Shown piece after piece: positions 27,416-36,848 of a stretch of DNA of 64,000 bases (position 1 is its first letter; each line of letters starts with the position of its first letter). The stretch is from an uncultured Gammaproteobacteria bacterium (GTDB lineage: Bacteria; Pseudomonadota; Gammaproteobacteria; Steroidobacterales; Steroidobacteraceae). The stretch covers positions 91,697 to 155,696 of the forward strand of contig CAWDAT010000003.1 in NCBI GenBank assembly GCA_963800375.1, read 5' to 3'. The translations under genes were made by a program, and so were the position numbers. The notes below the pieces were generated by a model, which was not told the DNA's origin, searched no databases, and saw only the letters and a list, made by a program, of their open reading frames with translations.

Positions 27416-28936
27416 CTAAAAGCGCGGCGCGGGCAGCCTCCCCAGCACGCGTTCCGCGCCGAGGCCGAGCGCCAGCAGGGCACGGTCCGATCCGCGCGGC
27501 CCGTCGAACTCGAGAGCGACCGGAAGTCCCCCGTGGGTGAGGCCCACCGGAAGCACGAGGCCCGGCAGACCGGCGGTGCTGCCGGGGGCGATGTTGCGCG
27601 CCACGGCCGTTTCGAACGGCAGAGGGTGGCCGCGGACTTCCACGGTGCGTTCTTCGCCGATTCGCGGAGCAGGGACAAGAGTGGCGGGGAACACCATGGC
27701 CGTCACCTGGGTGCGCGCGAAGTACTCGCGGTATAGATCGCGGAGGGCGGGCAGATACCGGTCGCGGGCCGCGGCATAGACCGGTTCGCCGACGAAATTG
27801 GCGCCGCCCGGCAGGACGTCGCTGGCGAAGATTTTCTGGATGTCGGGGCTTGCCCGCGCGACCAAGGCCGGAAGGTCGATGCCTGCGCCGTACTCCTCGA
27901 GATAGCCGGCGAGCGCGATGCGAACATCGTGGTTTTGCACGGCGTCCGTCGTGAGATCGATGAGGGCCCGAAGGCCCGGCAACTGCGTTTCGACGATCCG
28001 GGCCCCGGCCGCCTTGAGCTTTGCCAGCGCGAGCTCCGTCAAACGTTCGGTTTCCGGCGCAAGATCGGTGAACCAATAGTCGCGTACCACCCCGAGACGC
28101 ACGCCCTCGAGCCGCGCCGCCACCAAGGGATGCCAATCACCGGCCACCACCGAATCGAACAAAGCCAGATCCGCAACACTGCGCGCATGCGGTCCCACTT
28201 GATCGAAGAGCGGTGATATGGGCACGCAGCCGCGCGTCGAGTAGCGTCCCGTGGTCGGCCGAAAGCCGGCGATTCCGCACAGCGCCGCCGGCACCCTGAT
28301 GGATCCTTCGGTGTCCTCGGCCACGCCCAAGGGCGCGAGGCGAGCGGCGATTGCCGCCGCCGTGCCGCCGCTGCTGCCGCCCGGAATGCGCGTCAGATCA
28401 TAAGGATTGTGTACCGCGCCGAACGCGAGATTGTTGCTGGTCCAGCCGAAGGAAAGCTCGTGCAGGTTGGTCTTGCCGAGCACCACGGCACCGGCGCCGC
28501 GCAGCGCCTCGACCACGGGCGCATCCGCCGCGGGGCGAAAATGCCGCAGCGCCGGCGTGCCGGCGGTCGTCGGGTAATCCCGGGTATTGACGCTGTCCTT
28601 CACCGGTATGGGAAGACCGAAGAGCGGACCGGGTTTGACGCCGGCGAGGCGCTCGCGGTCGCGGGCCCTGGCATCCTCGAGCACGTGCGCGGGTTCCAGG
28701 GTGATGAAGGCGTTGAGCGCTTGAGCGGACGAGGCGCGTGCCAGCAGCGCCTCTGCGTAGCGCTCCGCGCTCAAGGAGCCCTGCGACATCTGGGCCACCG
28801 CTTCCGCCGCACCCAGGTCGCAAAGGTCGGCCGTGCCGCCGGTGCCGCCTGCGGATGCACCGGCTGCCGACATCGCGACGGTCGCCGTCGTGCCCAACAC
28901 GAAGGTGCGGCGCGAGATGTCAGGAGGTTCAGACAT
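27416..28936 (-). CDS. Amidase-signature family amidase with twin-arginine signal peptide
   Basis: MSEPPDISRRTFVLGTTATVAMSAAGASA (SRRxFxLG-like Tat motif). AS signature GGSSGGTAAAIAA. 8-nt overlap with the upstream gene. Confidence 0.85.
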   Translation of the reverse strand: MSEPPDISRRTFVLGTTATVAMSAAGASAGGTGGTADLCDLGAAEAVAQMSQGSLSAERYAEALLARASSAQALNAFITLEPAHVLEDARARDRERLAGVKPGPLFGLPIPVKDSVNTRDYPTTAGTPALRHFRPAADAPVVEALRGAGAVVLGKTNLHELSFGWTSNNLAFGAVHNPYDLTRIPGGSSGGTAAAIAARLAPLGVAEDTEGSIRVPAALCGIAGFRPTTGRYSTRGCVPISPLFDQVGPHARSVADLALFDSVVAGDWHPLVAARLEGVRLGVVRDYWFTDLAPETERLTELALAKLKAAGARIVETQLPGLRALIDLTTDAVQNHDVRIALAGYLEEYGAGIDLPALVARASPDIQKIFASDVLPGGANFVGEPVYAAARDRYLPALRDLYREYFARTQVTAMVFPATLVPAPRIGEERTVEVRGHPLPFETAVARNIAPGSTAGLPGLVLPVGLTHGGLPVALEFDGPRGSDRALLALGLGAERVLGRLPAPRF

Positions 28937-29831
28937 GATCGCGTCTCAACGCCTGGCACATGCAATGCACCGCGCCGCCGCCGTTGCCGATCATCGATAC
29001 GTCGGGGTCGTAGACGGTGAGACCCTCGGCGCGGCAGGCGGCGACGAGATTCTTGCTCGAGGCCGGCACCAGCACGCGGCCCTTCCCCAAGGCCACGACA
29101 TTACTGCCCATTTGCATGGCGTCGCCGTAGGGAATGGGTATGGCGCGAATTCCGTTCGAGCGCAGCCAGTCGACGAGTTCCGGTTCGACCGCCTCCACGC
29201 ACACGACCGCCAAACCTTCGGCAATCATGCCCATCTGCACGTCCAGGTGCAGGAAATGCGAGTCGAAGGCGTAAGTATGCAGCTCCCAGCCCTCGGCCTC
29301 GAACCAACCCTGCAATTGCCGCACGGCGGGCTCGATGGAGCGTTCGCCCGAGTAGCCGCACGCGGCAACCCCCGGCTTGAGCACCATGAAGTCGCCGCCC
29401 TCGACATTGCCTGCGGTGATGCAGTCGTAGATCGGGATGCCGGCGTCGAGATAGAACTGCAGGCAGGCTGCGTATTCACCGCGTCGATAGGGCTTCTGCA
29501 GCTGCATGATCACGGCGCCCCAGGGAGTCATGACGCTGCTGTCGCGCGCGAAGATCTGGTAGGGCAGCGCCGGGTCCGCGGTGAGAAAGTGCGTTGCAAC
29601 CCCCGCCTGCCGATAAGCGTCGACCATCTCCGCGTATTGACGGCGCGCCACGGCGATGTCGAATTTCAGGCCGACCCGTTCGGCGCGCTGGCACACGGAG
29701 TTGCCCGGCTGCCAGGTGAAATGATCAATGGGCCCGATCAAGACGTCGCGCAGGGTGCCGTATTCGCTGTCGACTCCCCAGGCGTCGAGCGGCCGGGTGC
29801 CGCCGCCGTCGATTCTTGTGCGCAATTGCAT
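28929..29831 (-). CDS. Amidinotransferase / DDAH / arginine-deiminase superfamily (guanidino-group modifying) enzyme
   Basis: FARDSSVMTPWG, GGDFMVL, FLHLDV and a C-terminal GGGAVHCMCQAL (catalytic Cys context). Confidence 0.75.
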   Translation of the reverse strand: MQLRTRIDGGGTRPLDAWGVDSEYGTLRDVLIGPIDHFTWQPGNSVCQRAERVGLKFDIAVARRQYAEMVDAYRQAGVATHFLTADPALPYQIFARDSSVMTPWGAVIMQLQKPYRRGEYAACLQFYLDAGIPIYDCITAGNVEGGDFMVLKPGVAACGYSGERSIEPAVRQLQGWFEAEGWELHTYAFDSHFLHLDVQMGMIAEGLAVVCVEAVEPELVDWLRSNGIRAIPIPYGDAMQMGSNVVALGKGRVLVPASSKNLVAACRAEGLTVYDPDVSMIGNGGGAVHCMCQALRRDHV

Positions 29832-29866
29832 CGCGAATGCTCTCCCTACGTGCTGCCGTATCTCAA

Positions 29867-31186
29867 CTATACCAACCCAAGGATGCCGGCGTGGCGAATC
29901 AGGAACTCGCGCGATGCGTGCAGGAATCCGTCGAGATCGCCGTCCTGCATGGGAAGCGACAAATTGAGCATGCCGCGCTGGGCAATATAGTAGCCGCGTT
30001 CCATCAATTCGAGGTGATACAGCCGGCGCCGCGGCGAGGTGGCCGGTTCGACCTGGGAGGGATCCGTGATCGGCCTGTCGTGCCAGTGCGTGGTGAGCAC
30101 GCCGCCGATGCCGGTTGCCTGGAAGGCCACGCCCAGAGATTTGCCGAGCTCGTTCAGCGCGGCGCGCAGCGCATCGCCCTGCGCATTGAGGCGGGCACAG
30201 GCCTCGGGTGTGTAGACATCGCGTGCGCCGACCAAGCCGGCGGTCATGGTCATCACGTTGTTGTTGAACGTCCCGCCTTGCGACAGCCGGCCTCCCATGC
30301 GCAGATCCAGATGCTGCATCAATTCGCGCTTCCCGCCGAAGGCGCCGAAGGCGAAGCCGCCTCCCCAGAATTTGCCGAGAGTGGTCAGGTCCGGCTGGAT
30401 TCCCCGCAATTCCTGCAGGCCGCCCGGCGCCAGCCGCGAAGTCATGACTTCATCGAACACCAGCAGCGCGCCGATATTCTGCGTTTCCTCGCGCAACATC
30501 CGGAGAAACTCCGCACTTGCCGGAATGCAGCCCGCGGATCCCATCATGGGTTCGACCATCACTGCGGCGATTTCGGGCGCGTGGGCGCGCAGCAAGGCGC
30601 GGGTGCCGTGCAGGTCATTGTAGGTCGCCTTCAGCAGGGGTAACGGCACGCTGAGCGGCGGATCCGCCGGCCCGTAAGCCATGAATCCGCCGTGGTAGCA
30701 GCCATTGAAGACCAGCAGCTTGGAGCGTTGGGTGGCGTGCCTGGCGAGTTGTGCGGCGAACAGGCAGGCCTCCGAGCCGGAGTTGCAGAAGCGCACCTGC
30801 TGCATGGACGGAATACGCCCGGAAATGAATTCGGCAAATTCGACTTCGCGCAGGTTCGGTCCGCTCAAAGAAATTCCCGAGGACATGGCCTCGAGCACGG
30901 CGCGCCGGATCGGCTCGCAGTCATGACCGAAGAGCCCTGCGGCATAGTCGCCGACGAGATTGAAGTACACATGCCCGTCAAGATCGGTGACTCGGGCGCC
31001 TTCGCCGCGTTCGATGGTGAGGGGGAAGGGAACGAAGTACAGCGTCTGGCGAGAATGCCCTCCGGGGAGCACCTTGCGGGCGCGTTCGTGGCGCGCCTGG
31101 CTCAAGGGATTGGCTGCCGTGAACCGGCGCTCGGCGCCCGCCAGCGCCTCATCGAGTGCCGCCGCGCTGATGGATCCCATGTACAT
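29867..31186 (-). CDS. Class III PLP aminotransferase (glutamate-1-semialdehyde aminomutase-like)
   Basis: VLPGGHSR..., VFDEVMTSR, LTTLGKFWGGGFAFGAFGG (PLP Lys). Starts 22 nt downstream of the RND stop. Confidence 0.85.
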   Translation of the reverse strand: MYMGSISAAALDEALAGAERRFTAANPLSQARHERARKVLPGGHSRQTLYFVPFPLTIERGEGARVTDLDGHVYFNLVGDYAAGLFGHDCEPIRRAVLEAMSSGISLSGPNLREVEFAEFISGRIPSMQQVRFCNSGSEACLFAAQLARHATQRSKLLVFNGCYHGGFMAYGPADPPLSVPLPLLKATYNDLHGTRALLRAHAPEIAAVMVEPMMGSAGCIPASAEFLRMLREETQNIGALLVFDEVMTSRLAPGGLQELRGIQPDLTTLGKFWGGGFAFGAFGGKRELMQHLDLRMGGRLSQGGTFNNNVMTMTAGLVGARDVYTPEACARLNAQGDALRAALNELGKSLGVAFQATGIGGVLTTHWHDRPITDPSQVEPATSPRRRLYHLELMERGYYIAQRGMLNLSLPMQDGDLDGFLHASREFLIRHAGILGLV

Positions 31187-31208
31187 CCCCGTTTTTCTTG
31201 ATTCTATA

Positions 31209-34200
31209 TCAGGTTATCGGAGTCTGCGGGACCGCGGACGGTAAGCGGCTGAACCGGCGCGCCAGCGCCGGGAGCACCAGCAGATTGAGGAGCGTCGAGG
31301 ACACGAGACCGCCCAGCACGGCCACGGCCATGGGTCCCTCGATCTCCTGTCCGGGATGCTTCATGTTGAAGGCCAAGGGCGCGAGGCCGAGGGCCGTCAC
31401 CGCGGCGGTCATGAGGATGGGTATCAATCGCTCATTGGCGCCGCGCAGCGCAGTGGGCAGGTCCCAGGCGGCCCCTTCAACCTCCACCATGTGTTCGTAG
31501 TGTGCCAACTGCAGGATGGCGTTGCGCGCGCTGATGCCGAACACGGTGATCAGTCCGACGAGCGTGCCCAGAGAAATTCCGATGCCGGTGGCGGCGATGG
31601 CGAGTACGCCGCCGATCAAGCTGAACGGCAGATTGATCATCACCAGAGCGCTGTTGGCGCGCCAGTGAAACGCGGCGATGAGCACCATGAGGATGAGAGC
31701 GAGCGCGAGGCCCGAATACAGCGCCAGTTCGGTTCGCGTTCGATCCTCCGCGGCGGCCGCGCCGGTGAATGCGACGAAAAAGCCCGCCGGCAGCGCCACG
31801 GCCCGCGCGATGCGCTGCTTGGCGTCGAGCACGGCCGCCTGCAGCGGGCGCCCGCTCACATTGAATGTCACGGTGATGCGGCGCTGGCCGCCATCGTGCT
31901 CGATGCTGTAGCGATCCGCCGCCGGCGCCAGACGGGCCAGGTGCGACAGGGGCACTTCGCCCAGGGGTCCGGAGATCATGAGCCTGCCCAGCTCTTCCGG
32001 CCGATGCCGCAGGGCCTCCGGGGCCAGCAACACGGCATCGACGATACGGGTGCCGCTGAACGCCTGCCCGAGCGCCTCTCCCGCGAACGCCGATTGAATC
32101 TCTGCGAGCGCATCCTCAGTCCGCAGGCCCACGGCCGCCAATGCCTGCGGATCGAGTTCGATGGCGATGGCGGGAGTGCCGCTTTGGCGCTTGAATTCAA
32201 GGTCGACCAGGCCCGGTTCGCTCTTGAGCGCCGCCACGATCCGGTTGCCGATGCTGTCCAGCGTCTCCAGGTCGTCGCCGAACACCTTGACGGCAACCTG
32301 CGCCGTGCCGCCGGTGAGGCTTTCGCTGATGCGGTCTCCGAGGAAGGTCACGACTTCGCTCTGGATGCCGGGATATCCGGCGAGGATGGCCCGCAAGTCA
32401 TCCTGCGCCCGAGCTTCGTCCACCGCCGCGCCGGCCTTGAGTTCGACGTGAAATTCGCTTTGATGCGGCCCCCAGGTGTCCTCGCCCAATTCCGCGCGGC
32501 CGACCTGCTGCTCGATGGTTGCGATATAGGGCAGCCGCAGCACCTGGGCTGAAATCCGCTTGCCGACGTCGAGCATTTCAGTGAGCGACGTGCCGGGGAT
32601 GGAGCTCACCACCTGCATCACGAAATGACCCTCGCGAAACTCGGGCATGAAGGTTCCCCGCAGGAACGGCACTGCCGCGGCCGCAGCAAGGCTCGCGGCG
32701 ATCAGCACGGCGGCGGTGAGCTTCAAGTGCGCCTCGACCCAACGGACGGCGCTCACTTGCCGTGCTTTGAGCCAGGTCAGCCAGCTCGAATCGGCACGCA
32801 GGTCACGGTCCCGCAGCAAGAGCGCGCACAAGGCCGGGGTTGCCGTCATCGCCACCAACAGCGAGGCCGTCACCGCGAGGATGAACGCCAACCCCAGGGG
32901 TCCGACAAAATGACCTTGAACGCTGGAGGCGAACAGCTCCGGCAGGAACACTGCAATCACCACCAGGGTCGCGTAGATGACCGGTCCCCGCACCTCGAGG
33001 GAGGCTTCCCGGATCACCTCCAGCCGCGGCAGCGGATTCGAGGCCGAGGCATTGGCGCGCAGGCGCCGCATGATGTTCTCGATGCCGACGATGGCATCGT
33101 CGACCAATACCCCGAGTGCGACGGCGAAGCCTCCCAAAGTCATGGTGTTGAGCGTCTGGCCCATGCGATCGAGCACGAAGACGGCGGCAAGCAGCGACAG
33201 GGGGATGGCGGCGAAGGCAATGAGCGCGGCGCGAACGTCGCGCAGAAACAAATACAACACCGCGAGAATCAACAGCGCGGCGATCGCCAACGAATGTTCC
33301 AGATCGCCCAGGGCACGTTCGATGAAATTCGCCGGGCGATGCAGGGCCGGATAGACCTTGATGCCCTGCTTGCGCAACGCCGGCTCAAGCTCCGCAAGCG
33401 CCGCCTCGACCGCCAGGGTCGCCGACAGGGTATTTGCGCCGTACTGGCTGGCCAGCGACAGCAGTACCCCGGGCTTGCCCATGATCAGGGAGTCGCCCGA
33501 ACGCAGCGCGGGCGCCTCTTTGACATCCGCCACGTCGCGCACCAGCACCGGCATGCCGCTGCGCACGGCGATGACCGCCTGCCCGATGGCGGCCGGGTCC
33601 GGCTTCGGGGTGGGCGACCGCAGCAATACGCGCTGCGCGGCGAGATCGAGGAAGCCCGCGCCATGCAGCGCCAGGGCGCCCCGCGCGGCGTCGGCGACCT
33701 CGAGCAAAGTCACGTGGTAGCTCGACAGTTTGTCCGGATCCGGCTGAATCTGGATCTGCCGGACGTCGCCGCCGAACACGATGACGTGCGCCACCCCGGG
33801 CACCGCGAGCAATCGCGGCTTTATGACCCAGTCGGCCGCATCGCGCAGCGCAAATCCATCCACCGTGTCGGACTGCAGGCCGATCTTGAGCAAGTCCATG
33901 GTGCTCGACACCAGCGGCGAGAGTTTCGGGGTTCCCACGCCGGCGGGGAGGGTGCTGCCGATCTCGGATAGGCGTTCGGAAATCCCCTGACGCGCCACGT
34001 GAACGTCCACGTTGTCAGTGAACGTGATGGTGACCACGGACAGGCCCGGGATCGATTCAGAACGCAGCGTGGCCAAACCCGCCGCGCCGTTGACGGCGCT
34101 CTCGATGCGCTTGGTGACGAGTTCTTCCACTTGTTCCGGCGCAAAACCCGGCGCCTCGGTCTGGATGTCGACTTGCGAGGGAACGAATTCCGGAAAGACG

Positions 34201-34307
34201 TCCAAGGGCGAGTGCATGGCGCCCCAGCAGCCGAGTACCAGTCCCAGGACGGACAGCACCGTGACCATGCCGTAGCGGCGTACGCACAGGGACACCAGCC
34301 CGCGCAT
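31209..34307 (-). CDS. RND efflux pump inner-membrane permease
   Basis: 1032 aa. The N-terminus LDVFPEFVPSQVDIQTEAPGFAPEQVEELVT is CzcA/CusA-like. TM4 reads ALGVLVDDAIVGIEN (VDD as in the AcrB/HAE-1 type). Confidence 0.9.
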   Translation of the reverse strand: MRGLVSLCVRRYGMVTVLSVLGLVLGCWGAMHSPLDVFPEFVPSQVDIQTEAPGFAPEQVEELVTKRIESAVNGAAGLATLRSESIPGLSVVTITFTDNVDVHVARQGISERLSEIGSTLPAGVGTPKLSPLVSSTMDLLKIGLQSDTVDGFALRDAADWVIKPRLLAVPGVAHVIVFGGDVRQIQIQPDPDKLSSYHVTLLEVADAARGALALHGAGFLDLAAQRVLLRSPTPKPDPAAIGQAVIAVRSGMPVLVRDVADVKEAPALRSGDSLIMGKPGVLLSLASQYGANTLSATLAVEAALAELEPALRKQGIKVYPALHRPANFIERALGDLEHSLAIAALLILAVLYLFLRDVRAALIAFAAIPLSLLAAVFVLDRMGQTLNTMTLGGFAVALGVLVDDAIVGIENIMRRLRANASASNPLPRLEVIREASLEVRGPVIYATLVVIAVFLPELFASSVQGHFVGPLGLAFILAVTASLLVAMTATPALCALLLRDRDLRADSSWLTWLKARQVSAVRWVEAHLKLTAAVLIAASLAAAAAVPFLRGTFMPEFREGHFVMQVVSSIPGTSLTEMLDVGKRISAQVLRLPYIATIEQQVGRAELGEDTWGPHQSEFHVELKAGAAVDEARAQDDLRAILAGYPGIQSEVVTFLGDRISESLTGGTAQVAVKVFGDDLETLDSIGNRIVAALKSEPGLVDLEFKRQSGTPAIAIELDPQALAAVGLRTEDALAEIQSAFAGEALGQAFSGTRIVDAVLLAPEALRHRPEELGRLMISGPLGEVPLSHLARLAPAADRYSIEHDGGQRRITVTFNVSGRPLQAAVLDAKQRIARAVALPAGFFVAFTGAAAAEDRTRTELALYSGLALALILMVLIAAFHWRANSALVMINLPFSLIGGVLAIAATGIGISLGTLVGLITVFGISARNAILQLAHYEHMVEVEGAAWDLPTALRGANERLIPILMTAAVTALGLAPLAFNMKHPGQEIEGPMAVAVLGGLVSSTLLNLLVLPALARRFSRLPSAVPQTPIT

Positions 34308-34309
34308 GA

Positions 34310-35323
34310 TTACTCAGCTTCCGAGCGGGGGTTGGTTTGGCGGGCGAGCAGCAGGCCGGCGCCCGAGGTCACGATCGCGTCGCCGGGCTTGATGGCCTGT
34401 GTCAGAAAATACCCATCGGCCATGGGACGGCCGATGTCCACGAGAACGCGGGCGAAGAGGCCGGGCTGCCGCTCGACATAGCACCAGTATTTTGCGTCGC
34501 TCACGATCAGGGCGGTCGGCGGGACCAGGATGCCGGTTTCGGTCGCCGCGGATGCATCGCCCATCGCCCACACCAGGAGCCGTTCGCCTTCCGCCGCGTC
34601 CGTATGCTGAAGCAAAGCGAAAACACTGCGTCCCGGCAAGCCCGAGTCGGCCGGCGCCTCCCATACCGCGTGCGCGGTCCAGCGCTCGCCGGCTATGCCC
34701 AAGTCCAGGCGCGAGACGCGCAGTCTGTTGGGGAGCGGGCCGCGCAGCGTGCCGAGAGGAAATGTGACTCGCAGCAGTTTCGAGCGGCCTTGGGCGAGTT
34801 CAGCGGTCAGGCTGCTGTCGTCCTGACCCGACCAGGGCGGATGCTGGCCCAACGTGGCCGAAGCCTTGGCCTCGGCAAGACGCAGCGCAGCCGTATCCAC
34901 GGCCGCTTGGCGAACCGCGCTCTCGCGGACTTCGGCGCTCTCGGCGCCGGCAGTTCCGGCGAGGCGCGCGATACGCGCCAACACGGCCTGACTCTGCCGT
35001 GCCGCCGCTTGCGCCGTGGCGACGTCGGCGACCGCCTGCGCGATCACGTCGTGATTCAGCACCACGCCGAATCCCTGCGTGGCGGGGACGAAATGCACGG
35101 CCCCGGCTGCCGTTGTCGTCAGGCCGAGTTTTTGGACTTGTTCCAGCGTGAGTTTGACGGTGCCGGTACTTGCATCGTCCTTTGCCTGCGCGTCGCCGCC
35201 GGCTTGCGGCGCGGCCTTGTCAGCCTCCGGCGTTGAGGCCTGCCTGCCGCAGGCGCAGAGCAGGGTGAGACTCAACATGAGCGAGGTGCGGAGTTGCCGA
35301 TGGCGCAGATATTGCTTGGGCAT
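34310..35323 (-). CDS. RND periplasmic adaptor (membrane fusion protein), lipoprotein-type leader
   Basis: ATG (cat at 35321-35323) overlaps the OMF TGA (ATGA). MPKQYLRHRQLRTSLMLSLTLLCACG leader. Coiled-coil/Ala-rich middle; C-terminal beta domain ...IKPGDAIVTSGAGLL. Confidence 0.8.
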   Translation of the reverse strand: MPKQYLRHRQLRTSLMLSLTLLCACGRQASTPEADKAAPQAGGDAQAKDDASTGTVKLTLEQVQKLGLTTTAAGAVHFVPATQGFGVVLNHDVIAQAVADVATAQAAARQSQAVLARIARLAGTAGAESAEVRESAVRQAAVDTAALRLAEAKASATLGQHPPWSGQDDSSLTAELAQGRSKLLRVTFPLGTLRGPLPNRLRVSRLDLGIAGERWTAHAVWEAPADSGLPGRSVFALLQHTDAAEGERLLVWAMGDASAATETGILVPPTALIVSDAKYWCYVERQPGLFARVLVDIGRPMADGYFLTQAIKPGDAIVTSGAGLLLARQTNPRSEAE

Positions 35324-36723
35324 CACGTTGGCTCTTGCGAGGAGGTTGGATACTGCCAGCCGCCGCCCAGCGCCCTGCACAAGCCGAGCAGCGCATTGAG
35401 GCGCGCCAACTTGATTTGGCCGAGCTGATCGCGAGCGGCGTAGAGCGCACGCTGGGCCTCGAGTACGGCGAGATATTCACCCTTGCCTTCGCGGTAGCGC
35501 AGCTGCGCCCCTTGGAAGGCCCGCTCAGTCTGGTCGGCAGTCCGCTGCTGCGACTGTCTCTGCAGTTCGAGATAGTGAATGGCCGCCAGCGCGTTCTCGA
35601 CATCGAGCAGAGCCGAGAGAATGGCCGCGTGGTAGGCGGCTACCAACTCCTCCTGCTTCGCGGCCGCTTCCTGGACGACGGCGCGGCGGCGGCCGCCATC
35701 GAAAATCGTTTGCACCACCGACGCGCCCGCGGTCAAGGACCAGCCGGTTCCCGCCAGGGTAATGACGGCGGCTTGAACCGCCGGGTTCTGCACGCCCCCG
35801 CCCGCGGTCAAGCTCAACGAGGGAAACAGTGCGGCGCGCGCGGCGGCGAGATCAGCGTGGGCGGCCTGCAAGTTGCTCTCGCTGGCGATGAGATCCGGCC
35901 GCCGCCGCAGCAGCTCCGAGGGCAGACCCGCGCCGAGGGGCGGCTCCGCGAGTGCATCCAGACGGTCTCCTGCGACCTGGAACCCTTCGGGCGCGCGCCC
36001 GACGAGCAGCGCCAATGATCCGCGGGCCTCGGCCTCCTGCAGCTGCAATTGCGGCACGATCGATTCGGTGCTTGCAACCGCGGCACGCTGCGCGGCGAGA
36101 TCCGCCGGTCCGAGGCTGCCGGCATCGAAACGAGTTTCCGTGACGCGCAGCACGTCCTCGGCCGTGTGAAGATTCAGGCGGGCCAAGGCAATGCGTTCGC
36201 GCAGGGATAGAACTTGAAAATAACTGACGGCCACGGAATTGGAGATGGTGATGCGCACGGCCGCACGATCCGCGCGGCCGGCCCCGGCGAGCGCCTGCGC
36301 GGAACTTGCCGCCGCGCGATTCTTGCCCCAAAAGTCCACCTCGTAGCTGGCCGACAGCAGCGCCGCCCAGTCGGTTTCATGGGCCGTGGCGCCGTGGCTC
36401 CCGCCGGCGAATTGAGTGGCGCTGCCATCGGCATCGAGTTGCGGCAGGAGCGCGGCGCCGGCAGCCCGCGCCTGCGCATCCGCCTGCTTCACCCGCGCCA
36501 CGGCGGCGGCGATGTCCAGGTTGTCGTCCTGCGCGAGCGCCTCCAAGGAGTCCAATTCGGGACTGGCGAAGCCGTGATACCAGCCGGCGCCGGGCCACGC
36601 ACCCTGGGTCACCGGCTGGTCGAATGCCGCAGGCACGGCAGGCGCCTCGGCTTTGCCCGCGTCCAATGCGCAGCCGCTTGAGCCGAGGGCGGCAATCAGG
36701 GCGATGACCGATGTGGGACGCAG
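35323..36723 (-). CDS. RND outer-membrane factor (NodT-family lipoprotein); start probably non-canonical
   Basis: Two OEP repeats. The frame stays open upstream of the listed TTG (36666) up to a TAA at 36760-36762. It encodes LRPTSVIALIAALGSSGC (signal peptide plus lipobox Cys at 36670-36672). The only plausible initiator is CTG 36721-36723, 9 nt after GGAAGG. Confidence 0.8.
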   Translation of the reverse strand: MRPTSVIALIAALGSSGCALDAGKAEAPAVPAAFDQPVTQGAWPGAGWYHGFASPELDSLEALAQDDNLDIAAAVARVKQADAQARAAGAALLPQLDADGSATQFAGGSHGATAHETDWAALLSASYEVDFWGKNRAAASSAQALAGAGRADRAAVRITISNSVAVSYFQVLSLRERIALARLNLHTAEDVLRVTETRFDAGSLGPADLAAQRAAVASTESIVPQLQLQEAEARGSLALLVGRAPEGFQVAGDRLDALAEPPLGAGLPSELLRRRPDLIASESNLQAAHADLAAARAALFPSLSLTAGGGVQNPAVQAAVITLAGTGWSLTAGASVVQTIFDGGRRRAVVQEAAAKQEELVAAYHAAILSALLDVENALAAIHYLELQRQSQQRTADQTERAFQGAQLRYREGKGEYLAVLEAQRALYAARDQLGQIKLARLNALLGLCRALGGGWQYPTSSQEPT

Positions 36724-36783
36724 GACGAGGGACCTTCCGCAGGAGGATTGCGCAGAACGTTAGCATGCGCATCCAGCAGGCGC

Positions 36784-36807
36784 TTTTGTATATTTGTAAT
36801 AATGTAC
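36784..36807. promoter_or_regulatory. AT-rich TGTA-N4-TGTA-N4-TGTA element in the divergent efflux / two-component promoter
   Basis: ttttgtatatttgtaataatgtac is the only AT-rich island in a 125-nt GC-rich intergenic region. It contains TGTAAT, as I recall for cop/cus-type boxes. Confidence 0.3.
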
Positions 36808-36848
36808 GCGCGCCCGAACCGTGCGCTTTTCCTGCGCCGTGGCGTAAT

